Numbered from the stretch's first letter, positions 16,067 through 25,064 are shown. The stretch is DNA of 32,000 nucleotides from Xylanibacter ruminicola 23 (GCF_000025925.1 NC_014033.1:1560001-1592000); one strand, 5' to 3'. Made by a program: numbers and translations. Notes: generated by a model from the letters alone, not told the origin.

Positions 16067-18181
16067 ATGAAGATTACATTACTTAAAAAAGAAGGCCGTA
16101 AAGAGGTTATTAACCGTGTAGAGTTGGCTGAGATGGCCTCAGCCATCAAGAATGGTATGATTGAGAAGACTGTGCGCCAAACGCGCGAGGTATATCATTT
16201 GATGAATCCACACAGATTGAGCGACGGACAGATTACCACACAAATAGAGGGTGGCATCAAACTGCCACGCATCTGTTTTGTGGCCGACTATCAGAATCGC
16301 AAAGGCGATTGGCGCATGCTGGCCTATAATGGATTGGTAGTACTGGAGGTGAACGACCTGCAGACCTACGAAGAGGCTGTAGAAATAAGAGAGTTGGCCA
16401 AGAAACTGCCTGAAACATTGATGTGCTTTCTGGGTGGATCGGGAAGAAGCGTAAAAATCGTCTGCCGAGGCGAACTATTTGAGGGCGGTTTGCCCAAGGG
16501 CGAGAAGGATATCCGCCAATTCCATCTTAATCTGTATAACACAGCCAGACAAGCCTATCAGAACCAGTTTGGATTCGACATCCAGTTTTTGGAGCCACGA
16601 CTGGACCGCACCGTCTACATGAGCGCCGATCCCGAGATGGGCTATAATGCCGATGCTCGTCCGTTTTACGCCGATACCAATGAGCACACCCTACCCCAGC
16701 CTGTAACCATCAGTAGGGATGAAGATCATCTGATGCCAGGTCGCACCGTTACGCGAACCTATCATCTTAACTGGACCTTTATCGTCGAGACCATCATGGG
16801 CCACTATTTTGATTTGCCCGATGAGAATAAAGAGGCCGAGTTGCTAATGCAGATAGCAGCCAGATGCCTTGACGAGGGTATCCCTCAGGCGCATGCCAAG
16901 GGCTTGACGATGCTGCACCCTGTGCTGAATCGCGACAAGATGCTGGTTGAGAAGATTTTCCAGACCGTTTATAGCGTGACCGAACAGGAGGATTATCGCG
17001 AAAAGCATAAGATTAAGCCCTTGAAGAGTGTGCCCGAAGATACTATCCAGGCGATGAAGACTGAGATATTCCTGAATTCGAACTTCGATATGCGTAAGAA
17101 CCTGCTTACGGGTGTAGCCGAGTATCGCGAGAAGTTTAGCAACGACCAGCGATTCAAGCCTCTTACCGAAGAGGTGCGTAACGATATGACGCTGAGAGCC
17201 ACCGAGTTAGGACTGAAAGCGTGGGACAGAAACGTGAACCGCTTTATCGACTCGACCCGTATTGAGCAGTTCGACCCCATCAATACCTGGCTTGATCAGT
17301 TGCCCAAATGGGACGGGCATGATTACATAGCCGAACTGGCAGCCCGTGTACCCACCTCGCAGCCACATTGGCCAAAGTACCTGAAGTATTGGCTGATGGG
17401 CATGGTAGGACAATGGCGCGAAAGCGATAAGCAGTTGACAGGTAATGCACTCACGCCACTATTGATTGGTCGCCAGGGATGTGGTAAAACGCGATTCTGC
17501 AAGATCATCCTGCCACCCGAACTGCGCGATTATTACAACGACAAGCTGAACTTTAAGAACGAGTTCGACCTGAACATTGCCCTTACCAGCTTTGCCCTCA
17601 TCAACATTGATGAGTTTGATAAGACCACCTCGTCGCAGCAGATTGTACTGAAGTATCTGCTGTCGTCGAGCGATGTGAAGTTCCGTCCACCATACGGCAA
17701 AACCATCAAGTTATATCGCCGTTACACCTCGTTTATCGGCACTACCAACCAGATGAAACCGCTGGTTGACCCAACAGGAAGCCGCCGTTTTGTGTGCGTA
17801 GGTGTAGAGGGCAACATCGACTTCAGCGACACGCTGAACCACGAGCAGCTGTTTGCCCAGGCCCTATACCTATTTAATAAAGGTGAGCGCTTTTGGCTGA
17901 ATGATGATGAAATCAAGCAGCTGATGGCCGAGAACGAGCCGTTCCAGAAGCTGAACGATCTGGTTGAGATGATTGGCGAGACCTTCCGCCGCCCCAAGGA
18001 AACAGAGCAAGGCAAGTGGTGGAGTCTGGGCGATATCAGTCAGGTGCTGGCCACGCGCTATGCCAACTTCGACCCAGAAACGCCATTCCAGAAGATAGGC
18101 AACGCCTTGAACGATGTTCAGTTCAATTTTAAGAGCAAACGCAAAACCAACCACATGGAATACTGGTTGATTGAGAAATAA
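16067..18181 (+). CDS. VirE-family primase-helicase-like protein (VirE N-terminal domain + P-loop NTPase)
   Basis: The 704-aa protein has Walker A GRQGCGKT and Walker B-like ALINIDEFD, with a C-terminal region typical of virulence-associated protein E / P4-alpha-like helicases of Bacteroidales mobile elements. A candidate TACCTTTG box lies at 16020-16027. Confidence 0.75.
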   Translation: MKITLLKKEGRKEVINRVELAEMASAIKNGMIEKTVRQTREVYHLMNPHRLSDGQITTQIEGGIKLPRICFVADYQNRKGDWRMLAYNGLVVLEVNDLQTYEEAVEIRELAKKLPETLMCFLGGSGRSVKIVCRGELFEGGLPKGEKDIRQFHLNLYNTARQAYQNQFGFDIQFLEPRLDRTVYMSADPEMGYNADARPFYADTNEHTLPQPVTISRDEDHLMPGRTVTRTYHLNWTFIVETIMGHYFDLPDENKEAELLMQIAARCLDEGIPQAHAKGLTMLHPVLNRDKMLVEKIFQTVYSVTEQEDYREKHKIKPLKSVPEDTIQAMKTEIFLNSNFDMRKNLLTGVAEYREKFSNDQRFKPLTEEVRNDMTLRATELGLKAWDRNVNRFIDSTRIEQFDPINTWLDQLPKWDGHDYIAELAARVPTSQPHWPKYLKYWLMGMVGQWRESDKQLTGNALTPLLIGRQGCGKTRFCKIILPPELRDYYNDKLNFKNEFDLNIALTSFALINIDEFDKTTSSQQIVLKYLLSSSDVKFRPPYGKTIKLYRRYTSFIGTTNQMKPLVDPTGSRRFVCVGVEGNIDFSDTLNHEQLFAQALYLFNKGERFWLNDDEIKQLMAENEPFQKLNDLVEMIGETFRRPKETEQGKWWSLGDISQVLATRYANFDPETPFQKIGNALNDVQFNFKSKRKTNHMEYWLIEK

Positions 18182-18214
18182 AACACATGCTGTAATGGTG
18201 CAATGAAATGCTGA

Positions 18215-19576
18215 TTAGTAGTCATGAATCTGAGCCCGAATCTGAGAGGAAAAGTAAAAGGCAACCAACATTGAAGTGAAATCAACTATCGGCTGCACCC
18301 ACATGCAGCCAAACAAAGGCCATAGCGCATTCATGACAATGAGCAGGGGAATATCGACAACACCTTTTCGCAGGATACTGCAGATAAGGGCCTCTCGTGA
18401 ACGCTCCATAGCTTGAAAGAGCGTGATGGAGGGATAGCACACCGCCATGAATGGCATGGCTACTACCTGTATCCGGAGAAAAGGTACGATGTATGATACC
18501 GTGAGCGATTCCTGTGTGAACAGCATGGCCAATTGGTATGCCCAAATTTCAAAGACAGCGAAGCACAGCATGGCAAATCCGAACGAAATGATACAGCCAC
18601 ACTTGAACACGTGATTGCGCCGGACAACGTTACCCGACGAGTGGTTGTAGGCAAGTAGTGGCAAGATGCCTTGAGAAAGTCCGATGGTAAAATAGAGCGG
18701 CAGATAGTCGAGCCGTTTCACAATGCCAAGGGCTGCTGTTGCCTCAGTGTTATATTGGGCAACAAAGTGCGTCAGGGCTGCTACGGCAACCACCGTCAGC
18801 ATATACTGTATAGATGATGGGAAACCAACCTTGGAAATGCTGCCTATATAATGTCTGGTATAGCGCAGAAGCTGTGGTGCAAAGGTCAACACGCCAGTCT
18901 TTCGGCGACGCCAGATGACGACAAGCAGCCACAATACCGAAACCATGTTTGATACTGCCGTGGCGATACCTGCACCAACAATACCCATATTACCCATGCT
19001 CGGCAGCATGAGCAGAGGATCGAGCAAGCAATTCAATATACCTCCTGCCGAGATGCCGATGGAAGCCTGGAGTGCCATGCCCTCTGCTCTGACCAGATTG
19101 GCAAGCACGAGATTCATGATGACCGGTATGCCGCCGATGGTAATCACCCAGAACGCATACTCCTTGGCGGGGGCAAGAGTTCGTTCGTTGGCACCGATGA
19201 GGCTCAGTAGTATGTCGCTATACAACGGAAAGGACAAACAGCATACCAATGCCAGTATCATACCCATCCAGAAGGTGATCGATGCCACACGTTGCGCCCC
19301 TGTATAATCGTGCTTGCCCAGATGATTTGCAAACTGGCTTCCGCCGCCAACTCCAGGCAGGTTACCGATGGCGGTCAGCATCAGATAGAGGGGCAGTACA
19401 ATAGTAGCCGCCGCCACCAGTTCCGGCTTGTTCAGACGTGCCAGGAAAAAAGTGTCGGCCCAGTTGTAAAGAAGCACTATCAGTTGAGCCACAATGGCTG
19501 GGATACTCTGAGCTAGTACAGCCCTTGCAACAGGCATTCGCTCAAAGACTTCTATGTCAACCTTATAGGAGCGCAT
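18215..19576 (-). CDS. MATE family efflux transporter
   Basis: A 453-aa protein with about 12 predicted TM segments and a MATE-like N-terminus (ILAQSIPAIVAQLIVLLYNWADTFFLARL). It begins 8 nt after the upstream gene stop, so the two are probably in one operon. Confidence 0.8.
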   Translation of the reverse strand: MRSYKVDIEVFERMPVARAVLAQSIPAIVAQLIVLLYNWADTFFLARLNKPELVAAATIVLPLYLMLTAIGNLPGVGGGSQFANHLGKHDYTGAQRVASITFWMGMILALVCCLSFPLYSDILLSLIGANERTLAPAKEYAFWVITIGGIPVIMNLVLANLVRAEGMALQASIGISAGGILNCLLDPLLMLPSMGNMGIVGAGIATAVSNMVSVLWLLVVIWRRRKTGVLTFAPQLLRYTRHYIGSISKVGFPSSIQYMLTVVAVAALTHFVAQYNTEATAALGIVKRLDYLPLYFTIGLSQGILPLLAYNHSSGNVVRRNHVFKCGCIISFGFAMLCFAVFEIWAYQLAMLFTQESLTVSYIVPFLRIQVVAMPFMAVCYPSITLFQAMERSREALICSILRKGVVDIPLLIVMNALWPLFGCMWVQPIVDFTSMLVAFYFSSQIRAQIHDY

Positions 19577-19584
19577 TCTGATAG

Positions 19585-20859
19585 CTATACATGTTCATTA
19601 TACACTCCCAGCAGTCCAGCCTGTTCCACCCGCAGCCTGATGGCTTCGATGTCGGTGGTGTATAGCTGTTTTTCCTTCATGCGGTTGAAGTAGTTTCCAC
19701 CCGAGAAGGTAAAGCGCTCCATGGTGTCGTGCCTTTCCTTGATAGCACTGTTAGCCGCTGCAATGAGGTCGCCTACGGCAAGAGTCTGCGGCAGTGTCAG
19801 CAAGGGCTTGGCGGCAGCCAATCGTGCAGCGTTGTGACCAGCCAAGGTTCCTGTGGTAATGGCCTCTGTGTGACCAATAAACAGACCACTTTTCTCGCCA
19901 GCGCAAAGCAGGTTGCTGATACCATCCACAGTCATAGCATTTGAGCGGTAGGCTACTGAGAGGTAACGTATGGAGTTGCCCTTGCTGCCAGCACATGGAT
20001 CTACGTAACGGGCATTTTCCATGCCGGGCAGCCGCCTCAACTTCTCAACGGGATAGTAGCTGGTCATGAGCTTGGCGTCGCCAGTATCGAGTAGGATCAT
20101 ATTCTCAGAGAAATCCTTGATGGCATATTGTTTACAGGCCTTTATCTTCAGTTTGTCGTAGTTGATCTCCTCCTTAGGAAGTGGTATCAAGGCTACACCT
20201 TTGCTGTTCAATTCTTCCTGCAGCGCTGCCGACAGACTCTCTTTCGAAACCTTGCACGATCCAGAGAACACACCGAACATGTCGGGCTGGCGTTCGCCCT
20301 GATAATCCTGGCCTCCACAGCGCTCAGTGATACTGATGCGCGGACCAAAGGCCGGGCAGCGCAGCACGCACATGCAGCAACCATTGCCATATTTCAAGCA
20401 GTTACCCATTGGTCCGGCACTGCCTGTAGTTTCAATGAAGACATCACCTTCGAAAAGGTCGCCAGAGTCGGCATAGACACCTTTCAACTGATTGTTATCA
20501 CACACTACATCGCAGATGTGTGTAGAACAGTGAACATCAATACCCATTTCCAGAACCAGTCTACGAACATGCGCCTCGATGGTGTTGACGGGATAGAGTG
20601 TGGCGTGATGATGACCTGGGAACTCCACATTGCGGTGCAACGCAATACGGTCAATCAACTGGAACAGTTCGCCACCTCCCAGCGCAATCATCTCTTCGGC
20701 AGCCGTGAACCTACCGTTGTTACGCATGATTCCACCTGCATTGCCACATCCCAGCAACATATCTGTTTTCTCTATCAGACAAACCTCGGCGCCAGCTTTT
20801 CTTGCAGCTATCGCAGCAGCTGTACCAGCCCATCCGCCTCCTATGATAATAACTCTCAT
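19585..20859 (-). CDS. FAD-dependent oxidoreductase with Cys cluster
   Basis: N-terminal dinucleotide fold MRVIIIGGGWAGTAAAIAARKAGAEV and a Cys-rich segment GNGCCMCVLRCPAFGP. The substrate cannot be assigned. Confidence 0.65.
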   Translation of the reverse strand: MRVIIIGGGWAGTAAAIAARKAGAEVCLIEKTDMLLGCGNAGGIMRNNGRFTAAEEMIALGGGELFQLIDRIALHRNVEFPGHHHATLYPVNTIEAHVRRLVLEMGIDVHCSTHICDVVCDNNQLKGVYADSGDLFEGDVFIETTGSAGPMGNCLKYGNGCCMCVLRCPAFGPRISITERCGGQDYQGERQPDMFGVFSGSCKVSKESLSAALQEELNSKGVALIPLPKEEINYDKLKIKACKQYAIKDFSENMILLDTGDAKLMTSYYPVEKLRRLPGMENARYVDPCAGSKGNSIRYLSVAYRSNAMTVDGISNLLCAGEKSGLFIGHTEAITTGTLAGHNAARLAAAKPLLTLPQTLAVGDLIAAANSAIKERHDTMERFTFSGGNYFNRMKEKQLYTTDIEAIRLRVEQAGLLGVYNEHV

Positions 20860-20866
20860 ATAACGT

Positions 20867-21829
20867 TTATTTTATTTTTACTTGTTCTTTACAATGATGA
20901 ATCACCCGTTTGTCGGCAGTTGTTTCTGTGCATGCGCCGCACACACCTTCGCCGCAACACATCCTGGCATTGTTACAGGCCGAAAGCTTTACATGACGGT
21001 TGCCGATATAATGCAGATAGGCGGCCACCTGGTGTATCACATATTCCGAAGCACCGACATGAATCAGGCTGCCGCCATCGGCCACGAACCGTCTGATAAC
21101 GTGCTTGGCAGGTGTGCTGAGCTCACCATCGTCATCAAGCAGAGTCAAAGGCTTAAATGGGAGTTCAAACAGATCGAGCTGGAACTTCAGGATAGAAGGT
21201 GAGAAATTTCCTTCGTCAACATACAATTCTGTTTCGTTGTGCCTGGATTGAAGATATCTGACTGCGGATACCGATGGCAATAAACCAATGCCCTTGGTCA
21301 GTATCAGGCAGCGACTCGATTGTTGCGCTTCCAGATGCTGCAATCCTAACAGGCCGTTGTTGAACGGGCCGCGTAGCAGTAGCGTGTCACCCTCGGCCAA
21401 GTCCTTGAACTGGTTCGTCTTGACACCACGAAAAAGAAGCGTCATTCCGATGCTGCCCACCATCATCTCCTCAAATTGTACGGAGATGGGGACATCGTAC
21501 CAGGAAGCCGCATCTTTACGGCGTACAAACACAAAGCCGCCCGGACGTTTCACCTCCCTCTCTAATGATATAGGAACCTTCACCCTTAAAAATACCAAGC
21601 CGTCGTAATGAATCACCGATATCACCTCGCATTCATACGTTAACCTACCGGGGTTTGCCTTCCCACCATTTCTGAGCAGTTCCTGCTTGATGCAGATACC
21701 ACCACTGGCCTTACAGTCGCAAAAGGCCTTGCCATTGACCTGACTGCAAACTACACAACCACCCGTCACCGCCAAAATACATGGGCAGAAACGGCTGCCA
21801 TAATCAGCACATAAACCGTTTATAATCAC
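20867..21829 (-). CDS. PyrK-like FAD/NAD-binding 2Fe-2S protein with extra N-terminal Cys-rich module
   Basis: C-terminal motif CNNARMCCGEGVCGAC...C of the dihydroorotate/sulfide dehydrogenase electron-transfer subunit family. There are 8 Cys in the first 46 aa (CADYGSRFCPCILAVTGGCVVCSQVNGKAFCDCKASGGIC). The only available start is GTG at 21829. Confidence 0.6.
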   Translation of the reverse strand: MIINGLCADYGSRFCPCILAVTGGCVVCSQVNGKAFCDCKASGGICIKQELLRNGGKANPGRLTYECEVISVIHYDGLVFLRVKVPISLEREVKRPGGFVFVRRKDAASWYDVPISVQFEEMMVGSIGMTLLFRGVKTNQFKDLAEGDTLLLRGPFNNGLLGLQHLEAQQSSRCLILTKGIGLLPSVSAVRYLQSRHNETELYVDEGNFSPSILKFQLDLFELPFKPLTLLDDDGELSTPAKHVIRRFVADGGSLIHVGASEYVIHQVAAYLHYIGNRHVKLSACNNARMCCGEGVCGACTETTADKRVIHHCKEQVKIK

Positions 21830-21901
21830 AAGTTTTCAATCTTTCAGTTAATAGATGCTGCAAATATAAAAAGAAATATCTGAATTTGGATCAATCCGAT
21901 T

Positions 21902-21917
21902 GTTAATAATTATTAAC
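21902..21917. promoter_or_regulatory. Perfect 16-bp palindrome GTTAATAATTATTAAC upstream of the redox/MATE operon (candidate operator)
   Basis: Perfect dyad lying 33 nt upstream of a minus-strand TATATTTG box (21868-21861), which itself lies 31 nt upstream of the GTG at 21829. Confidence 0.4.
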
Positions 21918-21954
21918 GTGCAATTAGTTCTACTGGTTAATGGAAAAAAAAATA

Positions 21955-22183
21955 AAGAGCCCTCACGAAGGTGAGGCCCCTCTGGCGTAACATAGTGGAG
22001 CTGGAGGGAGTCGTAATCGACGTAGTCGCTTCGCTTGCGAAGAACCCTCACGAGGGTGAGGCCCCTCTGGCGTAACATAGTGGAGCTGGAGGGAGTCGTA
22101 ATCGACGTAGTCGCTTCGCTTGCGAAGAACCCTCACGAGGGTGAGGCCCCTCTGGCGTAACATAGTGGAGCTGGAGGGAGTCG
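21955..22183 (-). repeat. 85-bp tandem repeat (2 full units + the genuine copy) carrying the last ~21 nt of ssrA plus its downstream flank
   Basis: Units are 21955-22039, 22040-22124 and 22125-22183. Units 1 and 2 differ at 2 of 85 positions. Unit 2 and the genuine ssrA end are identical over 59 nt. TAGTGGAGCTGGAGGGAGTCG occurs at 21993, 22078 and 22163. Confidence 0.9.
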
Positions 22184-22563
22184 AACCCTCGTCCGCACAA
22201 GGAAACCATACGCTTTCTACACGCTTATCTTGGCCTTCATTTTCGAGCTGCGGCAAGACCCAAGCCACCAACCGCAACCTTATCTCCTAAAATTTCACCG
22301 CTACATCGGAGTCTGCAACGACTATTTCCGATTTAACCTGCGCCGCTTGATCTTTGGATTCGGAACAACATCCTCGGAGCGACGTCTCGTTCCTCTACCT
22401 TGTAAAGGAATAAAGCCAGTAATCTACTATACTTCGATTAGGCAGCGAGAGCATACTCATTGTTGCCAATTAAATTTTCCTTGACTCAGATTATGGAGGG
22501 AACCAAAGAAGCCTCCGCGTGCTTACGTACCATTTCATCTCGCCGTCAAATCCAGTCAACCCC
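22166..22563 (-). ncRNA. ssrA: tmRNA (transfer-messenger RNA)
   Basis: The minus-strand 5' end GGGGUUGACUGGAUUUGAC starts at 22563. The 3' end is GAGGGUUCGACUCCCUCCAGCUCCA, forming the T-arm and an acceptor stem with a G3:U pair. The tag reading frame at 22467-22438 is GGC AAC AAT GAG TAT GCT CTC GCT GCC TAA, encoding GNNEYALAA*. The 3' CCA is not fully encoded (genome reads ACU). A candidate minus-strand TATCTTTG box lies at 22618-22611. Confidence 0.92.
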
Positions 22564-22661
22564 AAGACGTAAATGTCGTAATTTCGAATCGCTCACTAGC
22601 TATTCGGCTGCAAAGATAGCACTTTTTCTGCTACAAACCATGTTTTTAAGCAAAAAATTAG

Positions 22662-22669
22662 TATTTTTG
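22662..22669 (+). promoter_or_regulatory. -7 box TATTTTTG upstream of the exopolysaccharide locus
   Basis: Exact TAnnTTTG match 48 nt upstream of the wza ATG at 22718. Confidence 0.45.
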
Positions 22670-22717
22670 TAGCCGATTTCTATAATAATAAGGTGTAAGA
22701 AACGTTTTATAAGATAT

Positions 22718-23500
22718 ATGAAGACCCGTTTTTATATAGCTATTTGCGCGGCTATGGTGATGGCAAGCTGCTCGACGCCACGCAATTTCAACTATCTGCA
22801 GGACCTACAGAACGGTCAGCAGACGGATATCACCATCGACGGAACCATTAAACTGCAACCTAACGATCAGCTAACGGTGATTGTAAAGAGCAAGGACCCG
22901 CTGATGAGCAACCTGTTTAACAAGAGTATGGCCACCCAGATTACCCAAGGTAACGCTGCAGGCAATCCCTATATTGCCCCCTATACCGTAAGTCCGCAAG
23001 GCACGATTGATTTCCCAGTCATTGGCGAGATACTTGTGGGTGGATTGACCAGATATGAGGCCGAACAGACCATCAAACGCGAGCTGCAGAAGGAGCAGCT
23101 GAAGGATGCCAACGTAACTGTGGAGCTGCAGAACATGACCTACACAGTAACTGGCGAAGTAAAGGAACCTGGTGTTTACAAGATTGAGAAAGACCAGATA
23201 ACGCTGCTGGAGGCGCTAGGTAAGGCAGGCGACCTGTCGCAGTATGGTAAGCGCGACTCGGTGATGGTAATCAGAACCGATGGCGGCAAACGTAAAACCT
23301 ACGTATTGAGCCTTACCGACGGACAGAAGCTGTTAAACTCTGAAGCCTTTAACATCCACCAGAACGACATCATCTACGTAAAAGCCAATAACGTAAGAGC
23401 ACGCCAGTCGACTGCCAACGGCAACGAGACACGTAACGCATCGTTCTGGCTGTCGATTGTATCGGTGCTCACCACTGTAGCCGTATTCCTATTTAAATAA
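22718..23500 (+). CDS. wza: Polysaccharide export outer-membrane lipoprotein (Wza/BexD family)
   Basis: Lipobox AMVMASC, Poly_export/SLBB-like repeats (QPNDQLTVIV; GEVKEPGVYKI; NDIIYV) and a C-terminal hydrophobic helix. Confidence 0.8.
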   Translation: MKTRFYIAICAAMVMASCSTPRNFNYLQDLQNGQQTDITIDGTIKLQPNDQLTVIVKSKDPLMSNLFNKSMATQITQGNAAGNPYIAPYTVSPQGTIDFPVIGEILVGGLTRYEAEQTIKRELQKEQLKDANVTVELQNMTYTVTGEVKEPGVYKIEKDQITLLEALGKAGDLSQYGKRDSVMVIRTDGGKRKTYVLSLTDGQKLLNSEAFNIHQNDIIYVKANNVRARQSTANGNETRNASFWLSIVSVLTTVAVFLFK

Positions 23501-23510
23501 TCAAGCTGAT

Positions 23511-25064
23511 ATGGACTTAAAAACATACATAAACGAATGTAAGAAACACTGGCGATGGTTTGCAGCCACGCTTGCCACAGCCCTGATAGCTGCTATCCTG
23601 TTCCTGCTGATGTTCGCCCCACGATATGAACGTAGCGCCACTGTGCTTATCAAGGACGAGAACGGTGGTGGCGGATTGTTGTCATCGATGTCAGCCAGCA
23701 TGGGTATGCTGGCCGGAATGGCAGGCATCAACATCGCATCGAACGTCAGCAACGAGATGGAGATCATGTCGTCGCCTGCCCTACTGATGGAAGTAATCAA
23801 CCGCTTAGGTCTGGACACACGCTATGCCGCTTACGACGGGCTGATGAAATGCGACCTTTGGGAGGAAACGCTGCCAGTAAAGCTCACCTTCCCAAAGCTG
23901 ACAGACAAAGACGGCGCCTACCTGAAGATGGACCTGCGAAAGGACGGAACATTTACGCTTTACAAGATGCGTAAGAACAAGGAAAAACTGAGCGGCGAGG
24001 TAGAAGGCAAGGTAAACACCGTATGCCAAACGCCTATCGGACCTGTTAGCGTGATTGCCACCAAATACTTTAAACAGGTGATGGACGAGAAGGGCGAAAT
24101 GACCATCCGCATTACCAAAGAAAGGAAATACGATCAGGTGGAGCGCTGCATGGAGCAGTTGGATATCGACCTGACCGACGATCAGACCAGCATCATCCAC
24201 ATAGGCTATCGCGACCAGATAGCCGAGCGCGCCGAACTGATTATCAGCACACTGATAAACGTGTATCAGGAGGCTTGGATGAACGACAAGAAGAATGCTG
24301 CCGACATCTCTACCCAGTTTATTAACGAACGCATCAAGGACATTGAGCAGGAGTTGAGCGGACTGGATAAGGACATCGCTCAGTTCAGAGGTAGCAACCT
24401 GATGCCCGACTACGAGGAGGCCGCCAAGATGTTTATGACCAATGCCAGCTTGACCTACGAACAGCAGGTAAAGGTTAACAACCAGTTGTATATGATGGAG
24501 CAGATGCGCAATCAGGTTAACCATACCGAAGGAACGAACCAGGTATTGCCAGCCAATCTGCTACCCGACAACGAGAATGTAGCCAAGCAGATTAACGAAT
24601 ACAACAAGCTGCAACTGCAACGCAACCAGATGGCCGAGAACAGTAGCGATAACAACCCTCTGGTAAAGGATTTGGATGTACAGCTTGGCAGTATGCGCAA
24701 GGCTATTGTAAACTCGTTGGATCATGGTGTGGCCCAGTTACGTGCAAGTCAGAAGGCTGTGAATCGTGAAGATCAGAAACTGAAACAGCAGATATCAGCA
24801 GCCCCATCGGCTGTAACAAAAGTTCTGCCAGCCGAGCGCCAGCATAAAATCATCGAGGCCCTTTACATCTACCTCTTAGAGAAGCGCGAGGAGAACAGTC
24901 TTACCCAGGTGTACAACTCGCAGAATCTGCGCATCGTATCGCCCCCTATGGGAAAACTTAAGCCTGTATTCCCCAAGAAAGGCCGCACACTGGCTGCAGC
25001 ATTCCTGCTAGGTTTGTGCATACCAGCATGCATTATTTACATGAGGCAACGTAAAAAAGAATAA
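23511..25064 (+). CDS. wzz: Chain-length determinant (Wzz/GumC-like) protein, no kinase domain
   Basis: TM helices at the N-terminus (WFAATLATALIAAILFLLMF) and C-terminus (LAAAFLLGLCIPACIIY). A long coiled-coil periplasmic region lies between them. No Walker A motif is visible. Confidence 0.75.
   Translation: MDLKTYINECKKHWRWFAATLATALIAAILFLLMFAPRYERSATVLIKDENGGGGLLSSMSASMGMLAGMAGINIASNVSNEMEIMSSPALLMEVINRLGLDTRYAAYDGLMKCDLWEETLPVKLTFPKLTDKDGAYLKMDLRKDGTFTLYKMRKNKEKLSGEVEGKVNTVCQTPIGPVSVIATKYFKQVMDEKGEMTIRITKERKYDQVERCMEQLDIDLTDDQTSIIHIGYRDQIAERAELIISTLINVYQEAWMNDKKNAADISTQFINERIKDIEQELSGLDKDIAQFRGSNLMPDYEEAAKMFMTNASLTYEQQVKVNNQLYMMEQMRNQVNHTEGTNQVLPANLLPDNENVAKQINEYNKLQLQRNQMAENSSDNNPLVKDLDVQLGSMRKAIVNSLDHGVAQLRASQKAVNREDQKLKQQISAAPSAVTKVLPAERQHKIIEALYIYLLEKREENSLTQVYNSQNLRIVSPPMGKLKPVFPKKGRTLAAAFLLGLCIPACIIYMRQRKKE

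Noticed and set aside
15967-16149. 60-aa minus-strand ORF overlapping the VirE start
   Set aside because: It is short, hydrophobic and low-complexity, overlaps a supported gene start and the iteron arm, and has no promoter box.
20128-21096. 322-aa plus-strand ORF spanning the junction of two minus-strand genes
   Set aside because: It lies antisense to two well-supported flavoprotein genes. Its composition is low-complexity and Arg/Ser/Thr-rich, typical of antisense frames in GC-balanced coding DNA.
21848-22672. ORFs 21848-22078(-), 21963-22277(-), 22230-22484(+) and 22460-22672(+)
   Set aside because: They overlap the tmRNA gene and its 85-bp tandem repeats. The repeated peptide LRKRSDYVDYDSLQLHYVTPEGPH is a repeat artefact.
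22602-22678. A Bacteroides-style invertible (phase-variable) promoter for the EPS locus
   Set aside because: The inverted repeat is only 13 bp (11 of 13 matches) with 51 nt between the arms, and each arm already carries an outward-facing -7 box. This does not resemble the longer invertible CPS promoter segments I recall from Bacteroides, and no recombinase gene is nearby.
21830-22717. A prophage or genomic island integrated at ssrA
   Set aside because: No integrase, excisionase or phage genes flank ssrA in this window. The duplicated 3' ends are only 85 bp apart, so only att-like scars can be claimed, not an island.
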